Assembly: GCA_021372785.1 (NCBI GenBank)
Contig: JAJFTT010000004.1
Location: 19,891-83,890 of the forward strand
From: Negativicutes bacterium
GTDB lineage: Bacteria; Bacillota; JAAYKD01
DNA: 64,000 bases
Reading direction: 5' to 3'
Shown here piece by piece: positions 29,163 through 37,539 of this stretch. A program made the translations under genes and the position numbers. The notes beneath the pieces are model-generated. The model did not search any database and was not told the origin of the DNA. It was given only the letters and a program-made list of their open reading frames with translations. Position 1 is the first letter of the stretch. The number at the start of each line of letters is the position of its first letter.

Positions 29163-30034
29163 CTTTTCATCTCCAAAGGCATTTTTTGCAGCGGACGACC
29201 TAATAAATTCGCGATTTCCCGCGTGATATTACCGACTTCCCGATAATTCGGATTGACAATGACGGCGTCAGCTCCCCGTTCCAAGGCCCAAACAGAGACA
29301 GCCGACTGCATCCAGGCTTTGGAAAGTGTGACAAAACTGACCGATGGTCTGACGAGCACCGGAACTGAAAATTTTTCTCTCAAGGGTAACAGCGAAGCCA
29401 GTGCTTCCTGCAGCGGCAGCACACTGGCAGTCGCGGCAGGCAGCGGCAGTAAAAAGGCAAGCTGATCCTGCCTTAAGCCGGTCTGCAGCGCGATGGTCAG
29501 CGTCTCCTCCGCCAACTGCATGCGTTGTTCCACACTGACTGGAATTCGTTTTCCACGCCGCAAATTCAGCAGCAGCGGTTTCTGGTAGAGAACTGCCAGC
29601 CGGCAGCAGTCTTGAAAATTCAAGCCTTCCAAAGGGGGAGCACAAATCAGCGCCCGGCCCGGCAACTGCTCGAGAGCCGTCGCGAGCTCCGCTGTCCGGG
29701 GAAAATCCAGGAGCAACGGATAAATGGCGGCGGTTGCCTGAATAAATTCCAGATAGGCCTGCAGTTGCAGCGCCGTGATCCCGGCTCCCTCACGCCAGCC
29801 AATGGCCAGCATCGCCGCTCCATTGCCGATCTGTTCGCAGAGATCATCCTGCATCAATTGCCAATTTTGGTTTCGGATATATGTCAAAGCATGCGGATGC
29901 CAGAAGCCATGCAAGGCATCGCCGATCAGGACAGCACCGTGATTGCCGCCCAATTCCAGACTGTATTTGCTGCCGGACAACCGAATCGTCTGACTCAGCT
30001 CCGTTTGATTCGCTGTTTCATTTTGGCTGTGCAA
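29150..30034 (-). CDS. Divergent pterin-binding (MetH/MeTr-like TIM-barrel) domain protein
   Basis: Pattern LIG...LLLD...GRALI...IP...R...A...G...F...GADAVIVNP follows the MetH CH3-THF-binding domain, but most ligand residues are substituted. Confidence 0.6.
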   Translation of the reverse strand: MHSQNETANQTELSQTIRLSGSKYSLELGGNHGAVLIGDALHGFWHPHALTYIRNQNWQLMQDDLCEQIGNGAAMLAIGWREGAGITALQLQAYLEFIQATAAIYPLLLDFPRTAELATALEQLPGRALICAPPLEGLNFQDCCRLAVLYQKPLLLNLRRGKRIPVSVEQRMQLAEETLTIALQTGLRQDQLAFLLPLPAATASVLPLQEALASLLPLREKFSVPVLVRPSVSFVTLSKAWMQSAVSVWALERGADAVIVNPNYREVGNITREIANLLGRPLQKMPLEMKRWRK

Positions 30035-30082
30035 TCCCTTTCCCCTCCCATTCAGCGCATGCTTCGTCCGCTTTGACTTGCC

Positions 30083-30802
30083 TTAATCTATGATTTGATC
30101 CTGCCAGAGACGTTCCAGCAGCGCAGCCAGGCGTCTGACCACCATTTGGTAGATCGCCTCTCCCTTGGCGGCAGTCGCTTTGGTGGCATCGCCGTTCATG
30201 GCATCGGGATAAGAATATTTGACGATATCGTCGGCCATCATCGTAATCATCAGTTTTTTCTCATAGACTTTTGCCTTACTCATGTCAACCAGCGTCGGAT
30301 CAAGCGCTAAAACCACTGAGGTTTCATCCTCACCGGCATGACCCTGGCCATCGCAGACCGTCAAAATTTCTTTGGAGAAATGCAGCCACCAATTGACCAA
30401 CATCACTTTGGCGCCGGTTTTGGCGATCCGATTGGCTGCCAAGGTCAGGGAAGGCACATTGCCGCCGTGACCGTTCAGCAAAATCACGTTTTTGATCCCG
30501 ACATTTGTCCAGGAGGTCACGATTTCCGTAACATAATTGGCCAATGTTTCACCGGAAACGCTGACGGTGCCCGGAAAATAAATCAGTGACGGAGAATAGC
30601 CATAAACAACCGCCGGAGCGATAAAAATACGATCGCCATACTGTTCGTCCAGCAGCGACGCTATTTTCTCCGGAACGATGATATCGGTGCTCAGCGGGCA
30701 ATGGCAGCCATGCGCTTCCAGAGAACCGATCGGTAAAATCAGTGTGTCAATTGTTTTCAGAGCAGCCAGGAATTGATCCTTATTGATTTTTGCCAGAAAC
30801 AT
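30083..30802 (-). CDS. Creatininase-family metallo-amidohydrolase
   Basis: LPIGSLEAHGCHCPLSTD, NGHGGN and HAGEDETS motifs. Confidence 0.92.
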   Translation of the reverse strand: MFLAKINKDQFLAALKTIDTLILPIGSLEAHGCHCPLSTDIIVPEKIASLLDEQYGDRIFIAPAVVYGYSPSLIYFPGTVSVSGETLANYVTEIVTSWTNVGIKNVILLNGHGGNVPSLTLAANRIAKTGAKVMLVNWWLHFSKEILTVCDGQGHAGEDETSVVLALDPTLVDMSKAKVYEKKLMITMMADDIVKYSYPDAMNGDATKATAAKGEAIYQMVVRRLAALLERLWQDQIID

Positions 30803-30964
30803 TTACTTCCCCCCTGTTTTGCCCAAAGATCGCTTGCGGCGACACTCCGGCATATTCTCTCTTCCGCTCTTTTCTTTCTGCTTAGGCAAGTTATTTTCCT
30901 TCTCTTTTTCTTGCCAAGTCAGTCATCTCCCGTTATAATGGAGACAGTATTGTGCTGAAAGAAG

Positions 30965-31612
30965 GTGATTCCCATCGCTGAAATGCGAAACCCTTGTTCC
31001 GGGCAAGCCAAAGCATTTTATAATAACAGAGACTATGACAGTGACAGAGGAAATGCCGGTCAGCCTGCCAAACCGGCAGCCCAGCTGTTTCATTCGTTTT
31101 GCCAGGCTCTGCCGCCCAACGGATTGATCGGCGATTATGGCTGCGGCAACGCGTTGGTTTTTGGCCGGGTCTTACTGCAAGGGGGCTGGCGTTATCTGGG
31201 TATCGATCACTCCTATGCCCAAATCAGTTATGCTGCCGCTAAGCTGCCGCAGGCGGCCTTCCTGCTGGCGGATTTTACGGCGTTTTCCTTGCCCGATGCT
31301 TATTTTGATGGGATTCTGCTGATCAACAGCCTGCAGGAAACAGATGCAGCACAGCAGGCACAGGTTTTAGAGAAAATCAGCCGTCAATTAAAAAGGCAGG
31401 CTCCCCTGCTTATGGCTCTGCCTCTGCCCGTCAGGCCGGGAACCACCGCCAATGCGATTCCCGAAGTCAAAAGCGGCCCCCCCTGCAGCAGCTTAGCGGC
31501 CTCTGCCTATCCGGCACTGCTGAACGACTGCGGTTTTTGCCTTTCGGCCCAAGCCGAACTGACGCAGACCAGCGGCCTTTCCTCTTTATGGCTTTTGGCT
31601 GTTAAGCAATAA
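30965..31612 (+). CDS. Class I SAM-dependent methyltransferase
   Basis: IGDYGCGNA, YLGIDHS and LADF...FDGI motifs. Confidence 0.8.
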   Translation: MIPIAEMRNPCSGQAKAFYNNRDYDSDRGNAGQPAKPAAQLFHSFCQALPPNGLIGDYGCGNALVFGRVLLQGGWRYLGIDHSYAQISYAAAKLPQAAFLLADFTAFSLPDAYFDGILLINSLQETDAAQQAQVLEKISRQLKRQAPLLMALPLPVRPGTTANAIPEVKSGPPCSSLAASAYPALLNDCGFCLSAQAELTQTSGLSSLWLLAVKQ

Positions 31613-31635
31613 AAATACTCCTTGCCGATTTTATG

Positions 31636-31702
31636 AATTGCTCCCCATCGTGTAGTCTCGAATTTTTCGTTATTTCGAGTGTCTACTCTATGGGGAGCAG
31701 TT
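31636..31702. terminator. Long bidirectional hairpin between convergent genes
   Basis: GCTCCCCAT...GTAG..CTCGAA / TTCGAG..CTAC...ATGGGGAGC, flanked by T-rich DNA. Confidence 0.6.
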
Positions 31703-31709
31703 TATTTTA

Positions 31710-32447
31710 TTAAATTGACATGGAATTCAATTTTCCTTTTTGTGCCGGCATCGGCGGTCCGTAGAAGGAAACATCCTGATCGGTATAGAGCCACCTTCTG
31801 CGCCCCGGCTGCAGCTGCTCTTCCTGACCGACCAGTTCACCGGCCAGCATTTTTTGGGCGGCGGTGCGTAACTGTCCAATCAGTTCGGATCCGACCGGCA
31901 GCTTGTTATGACAGGGATAAACGATGCTGTAATATGGTGCCAATTCCTCCAATTTATCCAGCGAATCCAGCAGCGCCGCAAAGGAAGCTGATGCTCCAAA
32001 CATATAAATCGGACCGACCTGCAGCGTATCGCCGGAAAAGAGAATACCGGCGGCCCGGTCGAGCAAGGCGATGCTGCCCGGTGTATGACCGGGTATTTCA
32101 ATGCTTTCGAGTTGCCGGTCTCCCAGTTCAAAGCTTTGACCCTTGACCAGCGGCAGGAAATGCCCGCCTGAATGCGCCGGCAGCATGCTGAAATCGGCTG
32201 GATGCAGATAAACAAAAGGGAACTGATCCGCAGCGCCGGTATGATCGCCATGGGCATGGCTGAGTACGACGGTCAAAGGTTTTTGGCTCAGTTTGACAAG
32301 ATAAGCCGCCAGTTCTCCGCCGGGATTGCCGGTATCGAACAGCAGCGCCCGCTCTTTGCCTTCAATCAAAAACATCCGCACATGACCTTGCGTGATAGAC
32401 CAAACTCCCGGAGACAGCAGTTCACTGGTATAGACAGAATCGCTCAT
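31710..32447 (-). CDS. Metallo-beta-lactamase fold hydrolase
   Basis: SHAHGDHTG, PGHTPGS, FSGD and PCH motifs. Confidence 0.9.
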   Translation of the reverse strand: MSDSVYTSELLSPGVWSITQGHVRMFLIEGKERALLFDTGNPGGELAAYLVKLSQKPLTVVLSHAHGDHTGAADQFPFVYLHPADFSMLPAHSGGHFLPLVKGQSFELGDRQLESIEIPGHTPGSIALLDRAAGILFSGDTLQVGPIYMFGASASFAALLDSLDKLEELAPYYSIVYPCHNKLPVGSELIGQLRTAAQKMLAGELVGQEEQLQPGRRRWLYTDQDVSFYGPPMPAQKGKLNSMSI

Positions 32448-32466
32448 CGCTCGTCAGGCTCCTCTC

Positions 32467-33360
32467 TTACCGGTTGCATTCCGCTTTGCGGGCAAATGTA
32501 TAGAGCGAATCACCACAGAATAAATAACGGGCGGGACCCACGCGCAGAATACGGCAATCCGCTTCGGCAATGACTTCTTTTTCATTCAAATGACCAATCA
32601 GCTGCCCTTGGCTGATCCAGCTGCCCTGACTGACGGCAGGCAGGAAAAAGCCATTGCGATCGGCCGATTTGCCTTCCAGTTTACCGCAGAAGACAGGTTC
32701 CGGTTTTTGCACCGGTCCCGGCAGCATGCCCAACTGCTTGATCAGTTTGACCAAAGCAAGATAGGCTTCTTCGGCGGCCGCCAAATCGACGCAGCCGGTT
32801 GGCTGACCGCCGGCCAGCTCGATGATCACGGCAGCCTTGCCCAGTTTTTGGCTGGCCTCCACGAACAATTGACCTTCGGTACCGCCGGACTGGATTACTA
32901 CCGGAATATCCAGCATAGCGGCCAGGTTCTTGTCTTTTTCAGATTCGTGCCAGATCGAAAGAATATAATTACTGCCATAGATGCCGCAGCAATGCAAATC
33001 AACGATCGCATCCGGCCAGGCTGCTTCCTGATAAATCAGATTGGCGGTGACCAAGGTGGGAGAAGCGGCCAGCTTACCGGGGAAAATCCGATTCATATCC
33101 AGGTCATCATAAGGATTTGTTCTTTCCATGCGGCGGAAACCGCCCTGATTACAGATTGGCAGCACTTTGACCTGACCTTTCAGTTCGGATTCATGTTCCG
33201 TCAGGTATTGAATCAACTGATTGGCGGCATGCGTACCGGTAACTTCACCGCCGTGAATACCGGCAGTCACCATCAGTTTCGGACCATCGCCCTGACCAAA
33301 TTGGTAAATTTCCAATTCAAAGCCGACCAGATCTCCGATTGGTTTTTTGGAAAACTGCAT
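32467..33360 (-). CDS. Succinylglutamate desuccinylase/aspartoacylase family (M14)
   Basis: GIHGGE, DMNRIFPG and IVDLH motifs. Confidence 0.88.
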   Translation of the reverse strand: MQFSKKPIGDLVGFELEIYQFGQGDGPKLMVTAGIHGGEVTGTHAANQLIQYLTEHESELKGQVKVLPICNQGGFRRMERTNPYDDLDMNRIFPGKLAASPTLVTANLIYQEAAWPDAIVDLHCCGIYGSNYILSIWHESEKDKNLAAMLDIPVVIQSGGTEGQLFVEASQKLGKAAVIIELAGGQPTGCVDLAAAEEAYLALVKLIKQLGMLPGPVQKPEPVFCGKLEGKSADRNGFFLPAVSQGSWISQGQLIGHLNEKEVIAEADCRILRVGPARYLFCGDSLYTFARKAECNR

Positions 33361-33417
33361 TGTGATTCCCTCCCCTTGTTTTTTTAAACTTCGCAGCTGC
33401 CTTGGAAGCTGCAGAAA

Positions 33418-34566
33418 TTACGCTTTCGCCTTGCTGAAAATACGATGCAGTTCCTGCAACTCTTCGATCACAGAGATCTGCTGCGGGCAAGCGCTGACAC
33501 AGGTGCCGCACTGCACACAGTGTGAAACATCCATGCCTTGTTCGACTGCTTCCTGATAGAGAGCGGTCGCCGCGTCCCAACTATCGAACATAGCGGCGTT
33601 ATTATAGAGTGAGAAGAGTCTCGGAATATTGACTCCCTGCGGACAAGGCATACAATAACGGCAGCCGGTACAGTCAACCCGCAGCTTCGCCTTCCAGGCG
33701 GCGGCAACATCCTGCAGGAATTGCAGCTCTGCCGGCTGCATCCCGTTCACTCGGCTGGCTTCCATACTGCAGATACGAAGATTGTCTTTGACTTGTTCCA
33801 TGGTACTCATACCGGAAAGCAGCAGAGAAACTTCCGGCTGATTGGCAACCCAGCCGAGCGCCCATTCCGCAGGAGATTTTTTAATCGGATAGGCGTCAAA
33901 CATCGCCTGAATGTCAGCCGGTAAATTCGCAGCCAATCTGCCGCCGCGCAGCGGCTCCATCACCACAACGCCCAAACCTTTGGCAGCGGCATAACGCAGA
34001 CCTTCAAGGCCGGCCTGGAAATCGGTATCCAGATAATTTAGCTGGATTTGGCAAAAATCCCAGGGATACGCATCGACAATTTCCTTGAAAACCTCGAGTT
34101 TATCATGAAAACTAAAACCGAAGTATTTGATTTTTCCCATGGCCTTGGCTTTTTTGGCTTCTTCGAAAGCATTGACTTTTTTAAATATCTCAAAGCGTTC
34201 CGCATTCAAACCATGCTGTAAGTAAAAATCGATATGATCTGTTTGCAGCTTGGCCAGCTGTTCCTCCAGGAACTCCAGCCATTCGTGGGTTTGAGTCAGT
34301 TTGAAAGAAGGATTCTTGGTCGCAAGCTTCACCTTGGCGCGATAACCATCCTGTAAGGCTTTCCCCAGGACAATTTCCGACTGACTGTTATGATAATTAT
34401 AAGCCGTATCCACATAATTCACACCCTGATCGATAGCAAAACGGATCATAGCAATCGCTTCTGCTTCATCAATCACCTTATCCGGGCCGGTTACAGGCAG
34501 GCGCATGCAGCCAAATCCCAAAAGGGAGGGCTGAAAATCGAGCTTGCCAAATGTTCTCTTTTGCAT
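33418..34566 (-). CDS. Aldo/keto reductase with C-terminal 4Fe-4S dicluster
   Basis: LGFGCMRLP, DTAYNY, MEPLRGG, CTGCRYCMPCP and CVQCGTCVSACPQ motifs; start at ATG 34566. Confidence 0.92.
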   Translation of the reverse strand: MQKRTFGKLDFQPSLLGFGCMRLPVTGPDKVIDEAEAIAMIRFAIDQGVNYVDTAYNYHNSQSEIVLGKALQDGYRAKVKLATKNPSFKLTQTHEWLEFLEEQLAKLQTDHIDFYLQHGLNAERFEIFKKVNAFEEAKKAKAMGKIKYFGFSFHDKLEVFKEIVDAYPWDFCQIQLNYLDTDFQAGLEGLRYAAAKGLGVVVMEPLRGGRLAANLPADIQAMFDAYPIKKSPAEWALGWVANQPEVSLLLSGMSTMEQVKDNLRICSMEASRVNGMQPAELQFLQDVAAAWKAKLRVDCTGCRYCMPCPQGVNIPRLFSLYNNAAMFDSWDAATALYQEAVEQGMDVSHCVQCGTCVSACPQQISVIEELQELHRIFSKAKA

Positions 34567-34737
34567 CACTCTGACCTCCTTAAAAAAATTCACTGAACAA
34601 CCTTATTCTATTTCCATATGCGAAAGGATATTTCCTTTGTTGCGGGCAGCCTGTGAAAATAAATTGAATCTGCTCTAAAAAACCGCTCTGCCGGTCAGGT
34701 GAAAGCGGCCGAAAAAACCGGAGTTGGCATTGCTTTT

Positions 34738-36030
34738 TTAAGGCGTCAGGCGGTTGCGATCCCGCGGGAAGAGCACCGCTTCCCGGATATTCTGCAAACC
34801 TAAGATTTTCATCACCAGACGTTCCGCCCCTATGGCATAACCGCCGTGCGGCGGCATACCGTTACGGAAGATTTCCAGATAACTCTGGAAGTCCTGCGGA
34901 TCGAGGCCTTTCAGGCGGATGCTGTTGACCAGGGTATCATAATCATGGATACGCTGTGCGCCGGAATTCATTTCCATGCCACGGAAGAGCATATCAAAGC
35001 TCTCGGTCACTTCCGCATCATCCAATGAGGGTTGGGTATACATGGCGCGGCTGCCCCGGCCATAATGGGTGGCAAAAAGAAATTCGGAACCGGTTTCTTT
35101 CAGGATATATTCGCCGATCAGGCGTTCCGCTTCATTATCCAGATCGAGGCTGACCAGTGATTTACCGTACTCTTTTTCCAGAATCGCCGCGATTTCTTTC
35201 ACCCTTAAGCGGGGAATCCGGCCGACTTTTGGTAAGCTTGCTTTGAACATCGCCAATTCTGCCGCATTGTGTTCCGCCAAATAGGCAAACAGATATTCCA
35301 TCATGCGTTCTTCCAGTTGCAGAATATCCTGCAAACCGGAAATAAAGCCCATCTCCAGATCAAGACTGATAAATTCGCTCAAATGGCGGGAAGTATTGCT
35401 CGATTCCGCCCGGAAAACCGGCGCTACTTCAAAAACCCGCTGCAAACCGGCTCCCATCGCCATTTGTTTGTAAAACTGAGGCGACTGCGCCAAATAGGCT
35501 TTCTGCTCGAAATATTTGATTTCAAAAAGTTCGCTGCCGCCTTCAGTGCCGGTTGCCACGATTTTTGGTGTGTGAATCTCCGTAAAATTCTCCTGATGCA
35601 GAAAATCACGGAATGCCCTGACCACGCTGTCCTGAATTTTGAAAATCGCCGCGGTCTTGGTATGACGCAGACTTAAGACGCGGTGATCCAAAACATGCTC
35701 CAATCCGGCACTGATTTCTTCCTGATTCAATTCAAAAGGCAATTCATCCAGCACCTTGCCCACCACTTCAACCCGGCTGATCTGCAATTCAACCCCGAGC
35801 GGCTGCTTATCGGACAGGGAAACCGTACCGTTGACGATGACAGCCTGTTCGTTGCCGAGCTCAGCCAGCCAGTCCGGCTTTCCCGTGACCACTCCCTGGA
35901 TCACGCCGGTTTTATCCTGAATCAGCAGGAAAGCCAATTTCCCTAATTTGCGCACGCGGTGCAGCCAGCCATTGATGCAGACTTCCTCACCCTGTTTTTT
36001 GCTTAAGTCTTTGATCCAATCTGTTTGCAT
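34738..36030 (-). CDS. aspS: Aspartyl-tRNA synthetase, short archaeal-like non-discriminating type
   Basis: AYLAQSPQFYKQ, FRAESSNTSRHLSEF and GMPPHGG..GAER motifs; 430 aa; Pro in the anticodon-binding L1 loop (DKQPLGVE). Confidence 0.9.
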   Translation of the reverse strand: MQTDWIKDLSKKQGEEVCINGWLHRVRKLGKLAFLLIQDKTGVIQGVVTGKPDWLAELGNEQAVIVNGTVSLSDKQPLGVELQISRVEVVGKVLDELPFELNQEEISAGLEHVLDHRVLSLRHTKTAAIFKIQDSVVRAFRDFLHQENFTEIHTPKIVATGTEGGSELFEIKYFEQKAYLAQSPQFYKQMAMGAGLQRVFEVAPVFRAESSNTSRHLSEFISLDLEMGFISGLQDILQLEERMMEYLFAYLAEHNAAELAMFKASLPKVGRIPRLRVKEIAAILEKEYGKSLVSLDLDNEAERLIGEYILKETGSEFLFATHYGRGSRAMYTQPSLDDAEVTESFDMLFRGMEMNSGAQRIHDYDTLVNSIRLKGLDPQDFQSYLEIFRNGMPPHGGYAIGAERLVMKILGLQNIREAVLFPRDRNRLTP

Positions 36031-36342
36031 CTTGTCTTCACTTCTTTCTCTTGCCTTTTGTACTCTCTTATTTTAATGCCTGATATACACTTTGGCAAGA
36101 GCAACACTCAGAAAACTTTCACTTTAAGAGAACGCTTTTGGGTGCTTGGCATTTGGTTTGCAGCGGCGCTTGCTGCGGCGGTTACAGATATTTATGCTGT
36201 CCGGTGAGAATTTGCTGGTATTTTCTCCTGTTCTCTGCTAAGATAGGTACACGAAAGAAAAAAAGCCCACGGCGATCATCCGCCTGGCTGTCAGCCTCAG
36301 GGAAATAGGCCGCCGGCTCCGGGATGAATTGAGGTTTTGCCC

Positions 36343-37482
36343 ATGAAGAAAATCCTGTTATTTTTCTTGCTGCTGAGTCTGACCGCATGTAATGCTCTGC
36401 CAAAACCGGAAGCAAGTGTCCCGAATGTTGCCGAACCCGGGCCGGTTGCAGTCACCTTGCGCGCTGTCGGCGATAATTTAATCCATTATCCGATCTATGA
36501 ATATGCCTATGCCATGGGAAAAGACCATTATGATTTCAGCAGCTGTTATGCACCGGTGGCCGCAGCCCTGGCAGCGCCTGATCTCACTTTCCTGAATCAG
36601 GAGGTCACCACGGCCGGCGAAAAATACATCATCTCTTCCTATCCCCTCTTCAATGCGCCGCGGGAACTGGCGCAGGAGATGGCGGCAATCGGTGTTGATG
36701 TGGTCAATCAGGCCAGCAACCATGCTCTGGATTCCGGTCTGAATGCCTTGATTGAAACCTTGGATCTTTGGCACAGTCTGGGAGTCAAAACGGTTGGGGT
36801 TTATCAACAGGCAACGGAGAGCAATATCCAAATCATCCGGCGCAATGGTCTCAGCTTTGCTTTTTTGGGCTATGATTACGGTCTGAACGGTTTTTCCGTG
36901 TCAGACTGGCAAGGTTATCAGATCGCGATGCTGGATGATGAGGCAACGATGTTTGCCGAAGTGGAGCAGGCAAAAACCATGGCCGACTTTGTCATCGTCT
37001 CGCTGCACTGGGGCAGCGAAGGTGATCTGACCGGCAGCGACGCCCAGCGTGAATTGGCGCAGCGGCTGGCCGATCATAACGTGGATCTGGTGCTTGGCCA
37101 CCATCCGCATGTAATCCAACCGGTGACGCTGCTGACGCGGGCTGACGGAAAAAGCATGCCCGTATTTTATTCTTTGGGAAATTTAATTTCCAATCAGATT
37201 GAGGCGGAAAACATGCTGGGCGGCATGGCTCAGGTCACCTTCGTCAAAGAAGGGGATGTCACTTCGGTGCAGTCGCCGTTGTTGATTCCGCTGGTTACTC
37301 ATTTTGAAACGCGCTTTTGGGCCACGAAAGTCTATCTGCTGCAGGACTACAGCGATACTTTGGCAGCGCGGCATGGGATTCTAGGCTATGACAGCCGTTT
37401 TTCCTGTGCGTACCTGCAAACTTTGTATGAATCGGTTGTAAGTGAAGCTTTCCGTCCGCCTGCAGCCGGCATCACCGAATGA
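36343..37482 (+). CDS. CapA/PGA_cap family metallophosphoesterase lipoprotein
   Basis: Lipobox LTAC; VGDNLIH, NQE, ASNHALD, LHWGSE, GHHPHV and YSLGN motifs. Confidence 0.9.
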   Translation: MKKILLFFLLLSLTACNALPKPEASVPNVAEPGPVAVTLRAVGDNLIHYPIYEYAYAMGKDHYDFSSCYAPVAAALAAPDLTFLNQEVTTAGEKYIISSYPLFNAPRELAQEMAAIGVDVVNQASNHALDSGLNALIETLDLWHSLGVKTVGVYQQATESNIQIIRRNGLSFAFLGYDYGLNGFSVSDWQGYQIAMLDDEATMFAEVEQAKTMADFVIVSLHWGSEGDLTGSDAQRELAQRLADHNVDLVLGHHPHVIQPVTLLTRADGKSMPVFYSLGNLISNQIEAENMLGGMAQVTFVKEGDVTSVQSPLLIPLVTHFETRFWATKVYLLQDYSDTLAARHGILGYDSRFSCAYLQTLYESVVSEAFRPPAAGITE

Positions 37483-37539
37483 TCTTCGAGCAAAAGACGG
37501 TCTGCGACAGGCAGCCCGGCAGAAAAAAAGGGAGCGTGA

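Noticed and set aside
32590-33387. Long antisense ORFs (265 aa here; also 7754-8431, 47707-48363, 39115-39759, 53620-54327, 3788-4420)
   Set aside because: They are shadow frames of well-supported genes in GC-rich DNA, with no motifs or RBS.
36031-36336. T-box leader for aspS
   Set aside because: No T-box core (GGTGGNACC) or antiterminator; only a plain TTGCCA-17 bp-TAAAAT promoter.
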